From assembly GCF_009914755.1 (NCBI RefSeq), contig NC_060947.1: a stretch of DNA of 64,000 nucleotides. One strand, written 5' to 3'. Origin of the DNA: the human T2T-CHM13v2.0 reference genome, Homo sapiens. The notes below the pieces were generated by a model, which saw nothing but the letters and a program-made list of their open reading frames with translations, was not told the origin of the DNA and did no database searches. This document shows, piece after piece, positions 23,999 to 40,400 of this stretch; the stretch's first letter is position 1; every line of letters begins with the position of its first letter. The position numbers and the translations under genes were made by a program.

Positions 23999-26900
23999 TG
24001 GCAACCCATCCCTAGGCTCCTAACTTCCCCCACTGAGGCTCTTCCAGTGTACCCTGGACCCAGGCTGAGACCTTTTGTTCTTGGCAGCCACTTTCTGAGC
24101 ACAAAAGCAGAAAATCCAGTGAGGCAGGTCTCTTGGGGTCTGGGGCTCACCCTCATGATGGCTCCCAGAATTCTGGGCTTTCTCAGCCCTGGATTTTCTG
24201 CCCTTGTGCTCTACCCACCTGTTTGGCTCAGCCACCACATCTTGGATGCTCGTTTTCTTCCTGGCAGAATGGTGCCAACTGTCTGTCTGCATCGTGACTC
24301 TGACTGCTGTGTCCCCTGTTTTCTGTGCTCTGCCCTCCCAGCTGCCCCTCTGTAATCAGCTGTCACAGCCAGAACACATCCTGGGTCTGTAGGGCCTAAT
24401 GCGGGCGTGGGGTAGGGGTGGGGTTCGCTGAGCTCCCTCTCTTGCTCTCTGCCTGCCTATCTGGATGGAGGCCTCCTGTTGGTGCTTTTCACTGCAAAAG
24501 AACATATACACTGGGTGTGCAAGGGGGGTGACAGTGGCCAGGGGCTCTCAGCTGGAGAGCTTTGTTATGTCCACATAGTGCCCTATCAAGACCCCACCAG
24601 ACACTCACTCACCCTCCCTGGGCTGCAGGGGAGGGGCTGTGGCAGGGCCAGGAACTGGCTGTAGAAACCCCCATGGGGTGGTGGGGGTGGGGAGTCAGGT
24701 GGGTCCTTGAGATCAGAGTAGCTCCTTCTGGCTACGCTCGAAGCCCACTGCCCCCACTTTCCTATAGCACAGGCCCAAAGCTTCCAAATGAGTTCACTGG
24801 GCCCTCCCAGGGGCTTGCGGATTATGGTGCCAGATGGGCCCAAGGCAAACTGCCCAACCCAGTGCTGCTGGGGAAGAAAGGGGCCTCCGGTCAGAACCAG
24901 CACTGGGCCAGGCAGCAGGGAGGTAACAGGGAGGGAGCTGGATTCCCTAACCCTCTTCTCTCTGAAAGGCTAGCGTCTTCTCAGCTGAGCTCCATCAAGT
25001 GAGGACTAGCAAAAGCCCTTGAATTAAGAAGAATGTGAATGGAACAGCTAAGCATTCTCCCTCTCTGCCTCCTCCCTCCTCCCCAAATCCCAGAAAGGGA
25101 GAGAGCAAGACAGTAGAAGAAGGGGCGGGGAAAGAAAGCAGAGGGCCTGCCATCAATCTCCTGCCCTGACAAGCTGCGTCATCGCTGGCTCCAGCTGGCT
25201 CCCCTGGGGCTAGGGGGAGGGGAGCCTGGTGTGGGTCTTAACTAGGAGGAGCAGGGGAAAAGAGAGATGAGAAGTAGTCCAGGTACTGGGTCTTAGAGCC
25301 AGGGCAGAAGGCTGAGGTGCCTATCCATGGATCGCCAAAAATAGAAAAGTCCAGTAACCTGGGGTCCTTTAGGGAGGGTACAGACCAGGGCAGGTCCAAC
25401 TGGGAATAGATACTGGTCAGGCAGCCATGCTTTGTAGAGTCCAGCAATAGTCTCTGCTGCCTCTGAAGAATAGAAGCTGCTCGTTTTCCCCGTGCCTGCT
25501 TCAGCATCACCCTTCACCTCCAGGACTACTGACAGTTCAGTCAACCTCCCAGAGGTGGGTGTCAATCCCAAAGAATATGATTGGCTAATTGGGAAAGCCA
25601 AAGATCTGGTTGTGGCAAGATGCGAGACTTATGAAGGGAAGGGAACCCCAGATTCTGTTTGTTCTGTATCAGAAATGTCTGTTTCCTGGTTCTTCTGAAC
25701 TCTCTTGGAAAGAACCGCATACCCTGAAAGAATGTTCCAATTTAGTCACGCCAGTGGGCTAGGCCAACCAAGTAACTTGGTAAGGGGGAAGGAAAGGGGA
25801 AGGCACACGAATGAAGTGAGCTTCTTGTGCATGGAGCTTGGGTTCCTCTGCTGGTGAGACAGTTCCTCAGGAAACTGATTTAGGACTGGGCGAGTCTTTG
25901 CAGGGACTGCAAAGACTGCAGGACTGTGCCTGTCAGGATTTTCTTTTCGGGAGAAGGGGTGGCTCTGGGGAAAAGATTGAGGCCAAGGAAAGAGTTCCCA
26001 AACAAGCATGTCCCAGCTACTGAGAAGGATCCTGGACCAAATTATGTTTCAGTTCTATTCAGATGTAGCAACAGTTTCAATTTTATTCAACCACGTTAGA
26101 AAATATGCAGGTTTCTTCCTGGGTTTAATTGGCTTCCTAGGTTTTAAAAAGCACCTCAGTGCTGTGTTCAATAAGATAGGTATCTGTGAAGTTCTAAAAC
26201 GGTGTAACAAATTAACAGGTTTCATTCTGACTTAGAGCCTCATCTGATCAATTTTAGCTCCTGCCCCTGAGTAAATTATCTTGAGAAAGGGGAGCTGTGA
26301 CCACCTGGTCCCTGCCAGTACCCTCTGAGGCCTCATTTTATCTCATCCCCTTAAGCCAGGCCATTACCCCAGTGCTGAGGGCAGGAGTGGAAGGAAGCAG
26401 GGATATAGGGAAAAGAGAACTGGTCCTTTTTGCTTGGTCCCATCCCACTTAATAGCTTTCCCACTGAAGAGCATTCATTTGTCACCTTTAGTTCCAGGGG
26501 GTAAGGCAGGATGATCCATCCCTCAGGCACCAGCCTATAAAAACCAGGGAATTGGCACCTGCAATCGGCCATTCTCTGCCTTTGTCTTCTCTGGCCGCGA
26601 CTAAACTGCTGCTAAAATGCTGACTCCTGCCTTGTCCATGACGGAGTGAGCTTTTAACTGGTAGCTTGGCCTATCAAGCTTACTTTATTCAAGCTGCATA
26701 AAATGCTGGAAAAGTAAAGAGCTAGGAGGGACTGTGGAGGATTGGGGAGGAAGACACGGTTGGATGTGAAAAGAGCCCTGGAGGCCTGGGACACGCCTGA
26801 CCCTTTCCTGGGTGCCATCTCCAGTGATCCCAGAAGAATGGGCTCAACTGTTCCAGATATTTCTCAGACTTACATCTTCAGTAATCAGCTTCATGGTTAT

Positions 26901-27040
26901 CTACCCACATGGTGTGCTTTGAGGATCTCCACAGGTCCCTTCTGACCACAAAATATTTTCTCCATGCTTTGCCAAGATCCCTGAAAATTATTGCGTTGGG
27001 TCAAGGCATTGTCCTCCAAAGACCTTTGTTAAAATGTACA

Positions 27041-27466
27041 TTTTTTAATTTACATCCATATTTTTTCTGAAGGTTTTATATTTTAGCTGTTATATTTAGG
27101 TCTTTGGTCCATTTTGGATTGAGCTTTGTATATGGGATAAAGGAAGGGTCCAACTTTTTCTTTGCACGTGGATATCCAGTTGTCCCAGTACCATTTGTTG
27201 AAGAGATTATTCTTTTGCCATTGAAAGTTCCTGCCACACTTGTCAAAGAATCGATTGACTGTAGATAAATGGGTTTATTTGTAGATGCTCATTCTTGCAT
27301 ATGTCCATTCTTATGCCTGTACCACAGTGTTTTTATTAGTGCAACTTTGTAGTAAGTTTTGAAATCTCTATTCCTTAAGAGGATGTGGTCATCTTGTGTT
27401 TTGACAGAGATTTCCTTGAATACCAAGAGCTCAAAAAAGAAATAAGTAAAAACTCTCAGTCTTTGA
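27041..27466 (-). mobile_element. Old L1M internal fragment(s)
   Basis: GTGGATATCCAGTTGTCCCAGTACCATTTGTTGAAGAGA...CTTTGTAGTAAGTTTTGAAATC is antisense L1 ORF2. Confidence 0.8.
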
Positions 27467-27569
27467 AAAAAAAAAGTACATTTTTGTTTTGTCTAAGGAA
27501 AGTTTTCATATAGCAGATTCACTGGGTTTTACCTGTCAAAGAGTAGGCTCACTGAGAAATGGGATCTAG

Positions 27570-27898
<329 letters not shown>

Positions 27899-28240
27899 AG
27901 AAATGGGATCCAGGGAAAATAATGCTTGGTAAGAATGAAAGATAAGAGATGTTTGCAATGCAACATGGTGAGGCATAATGGGTTGAGTTGGAAGTCATAA
28001 TTGCTTGGGTTGGGAGGCATTATGGACAGCCAAGAGGGAAGTCAGAGGTGAATGGCATCAGTTATGCCTGTAGTCTGGATATTCTCATGGTCTCCCCTGC
28101 CCTTCACATTGAGATAAGTTTCCTTCAAAATCCATGCTTTCCTAGATCTCTGCATTCCCAGGGAGGGCTTCCATTCTCCTTGCCCCCAACCCCACCACAG
28201 GCTTATTTATGGTTCTCCGAAAAGAAAGAGTTCCACGGAG

Positions 28241-28392
28241 ACCAGAGTTTCTAAACTTCCACTTGAATATTGATGCCAGGCCCCATCCCACACCAGTTAC
28301 ACCAGAATCTCTGTGGGGACTCCCTGGGGGCATCCCCAGGTTTTAAATGCTTCCTGAGGTGATTCTAATGTGTAGCCAGAGTTAAGAAGTGC
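28241..28392. mobile_element. MER5A-like hAT-Charlie element
   Basis: CAGAATCTCTG...AGGTGATTCTAATGTGTAGCCAGAGTTAAGAAG. Confidence 0.75.
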
Positions 28393-29430
28393 CGGTTGTC
28401 CATTTGTTTGTATCTTTTCATGTCACCCAAAACGTGGAGCTTCACTCTCTTCCTTAATCTCACCCGAATAACCATTCACCCAAGGAAATGTGTGTAGAAG
28501 GCTTAGGAGTGACAAAAGGATTTTCCTCGCAGCAGCACAAACAACTGAACATTTAAAGTTAGCAATCCTGGGCTGAAGAAGTCCCTTGGTCATTTTCTCA
28601 GTCAGGCTCTAGGCTCACACCCAGTGCCTCATTTCCCCTTTCTCCTCCTTCTCCTCCTCTCCTCTCTGCTCTCTCTGCAATCTCTGAGTCCTGTTTAATG
28701 TTACCACACAGCGTTAAGCTCTTTCCTCCGTTGCCTTGGCTCCTGCCTACCCATGCTGTCAAGGCAAGCAGCTTATCAAAACCTTTTCCTAAAGACAGTC
28801 CCAGTTCCCTCCCTAAGAAGGATTCTGGTGCCAGCTGGTAAGATGATTGAAATTTCACCCCAGATCCACATGGTTTTGACAAGGACCCTGAATGGCCTCA
28901 TCATTATGTCTCCACTTGCTCTGAGAACCATCACAGCCGCATGCTCTGCTATTTCCGTCCAAAGAACCAGGGCCCAGATCTTGCAGGGGAGGCCCAAAGT
29001 TGGCAAAGCATTTGGAAAGTGACTGTCTGTGTATCCACTTGAGGGAGTCTTTGTGTACTTGTGGGTGTTTAGCCCTTATGGCTAATATTCAAATTTGGCC
29101 CATTTGCAGACTGACAGGACTTTCCCAAGTGCAGAGAAAAACATCCTTGATTCATGGCCTAAAACAATATAGAGACACCGTTACCACAAAAGTATTTTGA
29201 GATGAAAATGTGACGTTTTCTTCAGTGGATATGTACTGTGCATCATCATATGCCAGCCACTGGGCTAGGTGTTTTGGATTTGATTGCAACCCGGCACTTT
29301 CAGTCCAGTGGGTTTTATTAATGTGCTTTTTAAACTCCTCTTCTTGAACTAAAAAGCATTCTCTGAGGGGCAAAAAAACAAACAAACAAACAAACAAAAA
29401 AACACTTTAAGTCCTGAATCAAGAACTTCT

Positions 29431-31498
<2,068 letters not shown>

Positions 31499-31544
31499 TC
31501 AGATGCTGGATGACTAGCTAGCTGGTTGATAGCTTTTGGTGTTT

Positions 31545-32140
31545 ACAGTGCACCAAGCACTGGGCTTTGCTACCTCACATACATCATCTCATTTCATCCT
31601 CACAGCGGTGAGGTAGATGGTGTTATCATCTGCATTTTACAACTGCGAAAACTGACCACCTACTATTGGGTAGTAGAGTCAGGATTGAAACCCACGACTA
31701 TCTGACCCCAGAACCTTTCAAATTACATCATCTCCTGATGCCAACCTCCAAAGCAGAGCTGAGGGAAAGCAAGCTCCCTTATCATCAATAACAGCAACAT
31801 CATCACTGTTGTCGTGCTTGTTGTCATAATGTCATCATATCAGCTGTCATTTGTGAAGCACTTTCTTTGTGCTAAGCACTGTACTAAAATGCTTTTAATA
31901 ATAATAAATAGTATTAATAGCCATTAGTAATTACTGAGTTCTTATTATATGTCAGGTATGGTCCTAAACCTCTTCCAGGGATTACATTAATCATTCCTCA
32001 CCATGTTGCTATGAGATAGATACTATTCTTAGCCCTATTTTAGAGAAGAGAAGACTGAGGTTTCAAATGGTTAATTACCCCATGACCTCACAGCTAGTGA
32101 GTAGCAGAGCTGGGATATGACCTCTGTCTGACACCAGAAC
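31545..32140 (-). mobile_element. Cluster of MIR SINE fragments
   Basis: ATCTCATTTCATCCTCACAG; CCTATTTTAGAGAAGAGAAGACTGAGG...CACAGCTAGTGAGTAGCAGAGCTGGGA. Confidence 0.7.
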
Positions 32141-33007
32141 CTTCTGTGTTGTACTACCTCTCGTATTAGGGGCTCTGCCTACAAAGAGGTTTCTGTCTTT
32201 CCCTTTTTACACTTTTGGGAGCACTGTCTGCCACTGGCTTCTGATAATCGGAGAGCTCTCTCGGACCCATCTGCTAACTGGATAGGGGCTGGAGTGGCGG
32301 GCCACCATGGGCATGAGCAAATGCCCTCCTGATGAACTGACAACCCAGACCCTTTCCATCTGGCAGCCAATGCAATGAGAATAAGGAATCTGCCCAGAGA
32401 GGGCCTCCTGGCCAAACAATTTGTACAGCAAAACAAATACAGTAGCTGAAACCTGTATAGGTGGAGACCAGGTAAACAAGATGACTCTTCCCTTCGTGGT
32501 TTTTTTCCTCCTCATTTGATAGAGTAGGACTTTACAGAGTAATTGTTCTCTCCTCATTACACCCCCGAGACACCCTGCCCACTGACATCCCTTGCTGATG
32601 CCTCCTTCTTTCTCCTCACCCCAGCTAACCTGAGTCCCTTACCTCCTGTCTAATTTCAGTATCATTTGCTCATTGTCTTGTTTCATACCTCCTTTGAAAA
32701 TGCCAGGCTCCTCTCTGCTCCAAATCTCTTCCTTTTTTCCCTGCTTTCATTTCAGTTCAAGCCACATTAAGGTTGTAAAGCACTTTGGAAAGTAGTGAAT
32801 GTGGCAGGATAGTAAGTAGAGTTTTATGATATTTTGCTGTCATTGAGCTTGGAGTCTTTGAAAACCAATGGCAATTCACAGCCCTCGCATCCCTATGTCT
32901 CTGCAGAGCTATTAACTAGCTGTAGATGAGGTCTATGGCCATGACCCAAAATGTACATTTCTCAGATGATGCAAAGTCACTCCAGGTAGAGTAGTATTAG
33001 CTTGATT

Positions 33008-33805
<798 letters not shown>

Positions 33806-34591
33806 AAAGACACTAGCCGAAGCAACATTTAGAAATTGGGGAACTGATTCATTATATGTTACCCAGAGACTCATTTTACAGAAGTTTCAAGTCTTCTGAA
33901 TCTTGTATTACCAGAAAGTCTTCCCATACCCTCTTGCTCCCAATTAACTCATTTCCTGGGGCATTTTAAAGCAGTGTCATGTCTGTGCTTCCTGGTCTGT
34001 TCTCTGGTCTGGATTAACCTGTTTGTTTCTTAAACCCAGCAGCTTCTCCAGAGTGCTAAAGCTCAGGATTTGAGCAGCCAAAGAATATTGCAAGATCTCC
34101 TGCTGTAGAACATTAGAAAGGCAGTTTTATAGAAACTGGGCAACTTTTCAGTCCAGTGTGTTCTGTTCGGTTAAGCTGTAATTGTTTTTCTTTTAGGCCT
34201 TTAAGCTATTGTGCCAAACATCAAAATAACGTTAGCTATTTTTTATTCAGATCTTGCGACTCATTTGGGGGCATTGTTAATATTTTATAAGAAAATTTTC
34301 ATTTTTTCCATTCACATTTGTGATTTTCAAGTGTGTTGCTGCATTGCATTCATAAATATGATTTTTATTAAGTCTCAGGGCCCCATTTTTTTGCCCTTGG
34401 AGAAACACATCTCCAATTATATGTTAAAAGTTAAATGGAAAATAGTCTTTGATATGTGAAAATTTGATTTGCAAGAAACTTGTCCAGGATGCATCCATTC
34501 TGTACAGTAAGGTGCTCTTGTGACCAAGCTCTGCCATGCACAAGCTCAAGAAAGCTCTCAGAAAGGTTTCTTGGAGATTGTCACCACACAC

Positions 34592-34972
34592 CTTCTCAGT
34601 GGCCACTCTCTGTGGTTGGCCAGGATCATCCGTTCAGAGTGCAGGCAGAAGAGGAAGATGAGCCAGCAGGAGGGTACCTAGAGATATGTGAAAGTGAGGA
34701 AGACTACACCATTAGGCCCCTAGGGCTGGAAGGTCTACCAGTCCCAGAGGTTGCCTGCTATGCATTTATGCATTTGGAACAGTGATTCTTACCTCTCCTA
34801 CATTCCCATCGGAGCAGAAGCAACAAAGTATAGGGGGAAGAGACTATGTAAATACTTTCCTTGAGCTGGATATGGTGAGCCAAGCCTTCACTTGAATTTC
34901 CTACCTGTTCAGTGATGCTGGAAATGATACCACTCAGAGGCCCAATCAGCTTGAAGCTAAATGCAAACCCAC
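34592..34972 (-). ncRNA. Candidate minus-strand exon pair (34972-34793, 34677-34592) with a 115-nt intron; putative lncRNA
   Basis: Minus strand: ccttttctag|...GAG|gtaaga; ctaat branch motif; ttcctcactttcacatatctctag|...AAG|gtgtgt. Motif-based only. Confidence 0.35.
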
Positions 34973-35214
34973 CTAGAAAAGGCAACCATTGATGCCAATG
35001 GTTTCTAACCTTTCTAAGTATCAAAATCCATTTGTAATGTTAAACATTTAGGACACTTCCCACAATAATGATTCTACTTGATTTTTTTTCTGTCTACTGA
35101 CAATCCACAATTGGCGTGTTCAAGAATTTTCCTTATACAAAATCCACAGGCTTTTCGGGGGACTGAAGGTGCACAGATTGTTCTCTATAACTCATGCTTG
35201 GGTGTAGATGAGTA

Positions 35215-35440
35215 ATAGCTATAATTTCTTGAGCAGTTATTAAGTGCTGGGTACTGGGCTTAGCACTTTACATACATTACCTCAATCCTCACAATACTTT
35301 ATTATTTCCATTTTACAGACAAGGAAATTGAGGCTCAGAAAAGTAGATGATGTGCCTACCCAAAGAAAGTCACAGAGCTAATAAGTAGTGGAAACTGGAA
35401 GCAAGCCCAGATCTGTGGAACTCCCAATTGTACTCTTTAT
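35215..35440 (-). mobile_element. MIR SINE
   Basis: CCATTTTACAGACAAGGAAATTGAGGCTCAGA. Confidence 0.8.
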
Positions 35441-35699
35441 TCCTTAGGCTGGGGACTGGCTGTGATGGCAGAGAGCACTGCAGAGGCCCTGAATTCTGAG
35501 GAGGCAAATTGGCTCCTAGAGAGACAAAAAGGAAGGACTAGGGGGTTGAGGATCAACAGGCATGCACATTTGCCTCATAATTTCACCTAAGACTAGTCCA
35601 GCAAGCAAGTGTCGTTAAGGTGGGCCTCATAGCCCACTTGGAAATCTAATGACACAGCCTACTGCTGAATCGCTACACACACAACCATTCACATACATT

Positions 35700-36160
35700 G
35701 TCACAGACAAACTCTTTCAGCAACACTGGACTTCTTCACAGTCCTTGGTCTCCCCAGGCACATTCCATCTCTGGACCTTTGCACGTGCTACTCCTTGTGC
35801 CTGACAGGCTCTTGCCCCAGAGATCAACATGGCTGGCTCCCTCTCTTCTTCAGCTCTTTGCTCAGTCATCACTTTCTCAGTGGGGCCTTTCCTGACCACC
35901 TTTTTAAATATTGCAGCCAATCATCTCCAAACCTGTACCCTCTTTCCTTGCTGTATTTTTTCCAAACCACTTATTCTCTGAACTGTCTCATAATTTTGCC
36001 CATTTATTTTTTTACTGTCTGTGTCTTCTCACTAGAATGCAAGCTCCATTAGGACAGGAATGTTTTTTAAAATCTATTTTGTTCACTGAGTATCCCTAAT
36101 GTATAGAACTGTTTGGCACATCATAAGATCTCAGTAAATATTTGCATGACAAGTGACTGA
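35700..36160 (+). mobile_element. L2 LINE 3' end
   Basis: ATGGCTGGCTCCCTC...GGCCTTTCCTGACCACC...CACTAGAATGCAAGCTCCA...CTCAGTAAATATTTG. Confidence 0.85.
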
Positions 36161-36557
36161 ATATGCAGATAGCTGTAGACATGGCTTCCTACTCCTGCCG
36201 TATATACAGAGACACATGGGGCCTTTGAGATAACATAGAAGATGAGCAGATAAGAGGAATGAATGTGTGACTTCATGGGTAAGAAGACATAGGGTGGGCA
36301 TACTGTATGCACAAAATGTTCCTGGTTCTCAATCCAGCCAAAGCCACGGACCCATAATCTGGATTACTCTTCACAGCAACTTTACTCTTAGTAAACACAT
36401 AATGACCACAAACTAATATGAATGCAGTGATATTTTAAAATAGAAATGTATTTTTTAAACATTATGACATCTGCCTAAAGTTTGGTAAATAGTGATACAT
36501 ACATGTGTGAGATGTTTCAGGATAGCACTTAAATGCCCGGTCTCTGGCATCTGTCAG

Positions 36558-36785
36558 CTAGGAGTTTGATTTCCAGTGTTGCCTCTTCCTTGTGTGATCT
36601 TTAGCAAGTTTCTTAAACCTTTGCCTCAGTGTCCTTGTCTGCAAAAGGGGGCTAATGATAGTATCAAGCTGACAGAGTTGTGAAGATTCAGTGAGATACT
36701 TCATGTAGAGCTCATGTAAAGTGACTGACCTGTAAATGCTCCCCAAATGGAAGCTGTTCTCATCATCGTCATCATTATTGTGGGT
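36558..36785 (+). mobile_element. MIR SINE
   Basis: TGTGTGATCTTTAGCAAGTTTCTTAAACCTTTGCCTCAGTGTCCTTGTCTGCAAAA. Confidence 0.75.
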
Positions 36786-38603
36786 TATTATTTGAGACCA
36801 CAGACAATGCTTCCAGGTGTATGGATTTGCATCCCTCTTGCAGTACTGTGTACTCTGCAGTCCCTGGGGTCCTTGGCTTATACTTCTGGGAGATGGTGCC
36901 ACAGACATTAAGTGTTGCTGGGAGTCAAAGAAGGTGGGTTGGAGCCTGGGTACATAGGGGCCTGGGCATGGTGAGAATGGGAAGGTAGACAAGAGTTGAG
37001 AGTGGCCATAGGCAGCAACTTGGAATGACGGCTCCATGTACACATTCAGAGAAGAAGCCAGCAGCTGCATGGGAGGCCTTCTAACACTTTTGAAATCCTG
37101 ATTTAGCTAAAGGTTAGTCAGGAAGACAGATAAAGATAGTTATTACCTAATGGCTCTAAAGTTTCAAGTGTTTTATCACCTCTGAGTGTTAGCTTTTTAA
37201 GCATGGTAAAGCCACTGTGATCACCACTGTGTCTGACTGTGCATTCCAGAAAGCGCTCTGAGTTCTAGGTGGTAACCTGTTAGTGGGGGCTTTGGGTCTG
37301 GGTGACTTGAACAGTTTCTCTGCAGTATTTCCATGCACAGAGAGCTCCGCAGCTCTCCCCTACCCTCAGTGAAGACTCAACAAAGCTGTTCTATGGGGCT
37401 GCAGCTGAAAAAGCCACAGCCACCTGAGGTCCTGGGGAGAGCTGAGCTGGGCAACAGCAGTGGGTTGCCAGTGGGCAAGAATGATCTCCTCTCTGGCACT
37501 TCATTGCTGTGCCCTGCAGAGCAGGAAACACAGGGTGGATTTACCAGGGAGTTCAGCGAGCCCTGGTGGTTTAAGAGATCAAACAAGAATGAGGTCAAGG
37601 ATGGAGCTCAGTGTGGGAGTGGGAGGAGGAGTGGCCACCCCCTGAGGCTACACATTATTAGACAGGAACCAGTCCACCCGCAGAGAGAGCACACAAGCTG
37701 TGCCCATAGGCTGATTGATTTGATGAGGGAGTTGAGTACGTTCTGTGATTTTTGCTCAAAATGGGCAACAGAGCCAATTAAACTTCACCTTCCCAGGGAA
37801 GAAACTGGGAACCCCAGCTTTTGGTTTTATTTTAGGAAGCTGATCTTTCTGGAAAAGATAAAAAATTCTAGTGGCACTTGGCAGTATGCCACAAAGAGGC
37901 TGCTTCTTCCTGACCTTCAGGTGGAAAACCCAAATTCTTGTCCAAGTAAGGAGTTTTCATGCTCAATCCATGGACCTTAAAGAAATAGCTGTCAGACCTG
38001 TGCAAATTGGCTGGGGCCCCCTCCCCATTTCTCCTGGAAGCCTTGACTCCATTCTCATTGCCCTGCAGCAGACCATTTGTAACTGTCCAGTACCTTTCCA
38101 GGCCTGATGGGGAGTTCTGCTCAGGGGCCTCATTTGCATAGACGAATGCAGACTGGCATCTGTCAGCTTAGCACCTCAAGCCAATGATCTGGAGTGGCGA
38201 TGGGCAACCTTCTGGGCAAATATCCTGGATATTGGATTCAAAAATGACAGTGTCAAACTGGGGCTAGTTTGCATAGGCTTATTAGGTTAATTACTACAGT
38301 GTCTCCAAGAACTTAAAAATCCTTGAATTCTTACAACCAGAATGCTCAGTCTGTTGCTATGAAACTTGGAGTGTAAATTACCATGAATACCATTAATCTG
38401 TTCACTAGGAGATTAATTTGCAATTTGTTGGCAAATCACATGTGGGTCTTGTAGCAAGAGCGTGGGTGGTGTTTTCGTGCCAACGTGTGGCCCTGCCTGT
38501 GTTTCTGGATGTGTGTGTGTGTGCATGCACGTGCATGTGGCATTGGGATTGTCACTCTATGGGAACTCATGTCCTGGGTTTTCTCACTGCTCCCCGATCT
38601 TAC

Positions 38604-38850
38604 CTGGCTCCCCTAGCATACCCTGGGTCCTTGGTCACATTCTCATAGTTGGAGGCTGCTATCAGAACACTTCTCGGCTCAGTGCCAGCCAGTTTAAGAG
38701 ACATTAGCTCTTTCTGAAACAGGATTGCAAAGGTGTCCACTAATGCCTTAGAATCATCCGGCTTTTCAAAAAGATGCACTTTCCTGTTAATGGCTCTCAA
38801 GTTGTTTTTGCACGCAGGCAGGCTGCTCCTGGCAAAGGAATTCAGATCGC
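38604..38850 (-). ncRNA. Candidate minus-strand exon (247 nt)
   Basis: Acceptor ccttccctgtcatgtttccttcag| and donor CAG|gtaaga; one frame open throughout (ORF 38600-38863) but no recognisable protein. Confidence 0.3.
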
Positions 38851-39629
38851 CTGAAGGAAACATGACAGGGAAGGTGCCATGACATAGGAGATGGTGACCA
38901 GGACCACATTAGGTAGCAGTGGAAGGAGAAAGACTGCTAAGCAGGGCTGAGGGGCTTCCATGGCTACCCTGTGTTGTTGTTAACAGAGGTGGCAGGATTG
39001 CTGATACAAATCTCACCCATCTGTTTTAGCCTAGTCTTCCACACAAGACTGGTACTTACAACGACTTGAAGAAAATCCTCTCCTAATTTAGGGGGCAGAC
39101 TGTGGGATGTGACTGAAGGAGCACTGGAACCTCACTCACCCAGAAATAGCTCCCCAACTAGCATCCCAATGCTGGAAATCCCCTTCAGATAGAGGCATTG
39201 GAGATCCAGATATTTTGGGAAGGAAGACCTAGTGAGAGAGTAGAGCTCAAGGGAATGGGGACATAAAACATCATTTTGATGCTCAGGAGGATCCCCAAGA
39301 AATTCTCAGTGCTTTGGGGACACCCTGCAAAGCCTGGGGAATGAGGAGCGCATGGATCCATCACAATGAGAGGCTGTCCAAAGGAGAAGGGGCATGCTGA
39401 AAGTGGGAAAAGGCTCTGCAAATGGTCACGTCCACCTATTCTACAGGAGAGACTTAGAACAGGTGCAGGAGGAGTGCAGAGAATCTATGACGTTAGTTTG
39501 AAGAACTTGGGGTGCCAGACAGAAGCAGAATTAGGAGGTTTGCTGGGAGCCAGAGAGACCCCAACCAAAATGTGGCTGCTAGGGTGTCATCTTGAACCTT
39601 TCTCTTCCCCACACATCCCTCTCCCCTCC

Positions 39630-39960
39630 GGTTCATTCAAAGAGCACTTATCGAGTACCTATTCCTGTGCCAGGGATACAGTGAACAAGACATATGTCCC
39701 ACTAAAAAAAAAAAGAAAAAAGACATATGTCCCACCCTGTCCTCAACAAACTCACATTCTAGTGGAAGGTAGCCTTTAAAATTAACTCTGCCTAAGGAGG
39801 CAGATGAGGTTCAGATAGGGTTTCGCAGATAAGGTGACTCTTGAGCTAAGTCCGGAAGGATAAGTAGGAGATTGCCAGGTAAACAAGGTAGCAGAGGGCA
39901 TTCTGGGTAAAGAAACAGCAAGTGTGAAAGTATGGAAGTATGAAAGCCTGGTATGGTCCC
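39630..39960 (-). mobile_element. L2 LINE 3' end
   Basis: TTCATTCAAAGAGCACTTATCGAGTACCTATTCCTGTGCCAGG...AAGGTGACTCTTGAGCTAAGTCCGGAAGGATAAGTAGGA. Confidence 0.75.
39687..39735 (+). mobile_element. Solo poly(A) retroposition insertion with a 16-bp TSD
   Basis: AAGACATATGTCCCAC (39687-39702) + TAAAAAAAAAAAGAAAA + AAGACATATGTCCCAC (39720-39735). Confidence 0.8.
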
Positions 39961-40224
39961 CATGAGAAAGGCAAGACTACCTTCTCTCTAGAGTACGAAA
40001 TGCCATCCTCTTAATAAAATGTCACCCAGAACCTCCATGATTGGCTCTAGAAGGAGTCTGTTTCAGTGGGAAAAAGCATCCATAATATTCCTGTTTCCCC
40101 ATAATAGTGACTCATCATGGGAGTCCATTAATAATCCACAGTATCATTTAGATCCGGCTGAAACTTTCAGACAAAACCATATGTTAAAGGCTAAGGGATG
40201 ACAAAAGGGAAATCAACATGGCAT

Positions 40225-40400
40225 TTAATAATAATAAAAATAGCTAACATTTGTTAAGCACTTCCTCTGAGCCAGGCATGATTCTAAATATACATGTATG
40301 TGTACATATACTCATTTAACCCTCATAATAACCATAAAGTAGACATAGTGCTGTTATTGTTACTATGCCTGTTTTACAGATGAGGACCAGGAAGCCAGAC
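40225..40400 (-). mobile_element. MIR SINE
   Basis: ATAGCTAACATTTGTTAAGCACTT...CTCATTTAACCCTCATAATAACC...GTTTTACAGATGAGGA. Confidence 0.8.

Noticed and set aside
37333-37980. Longest non-repeat ORF (215 aa)
   Set aside because: No domain or homology I recognise and no supporting gene structure; compatible with chance in 64 kb
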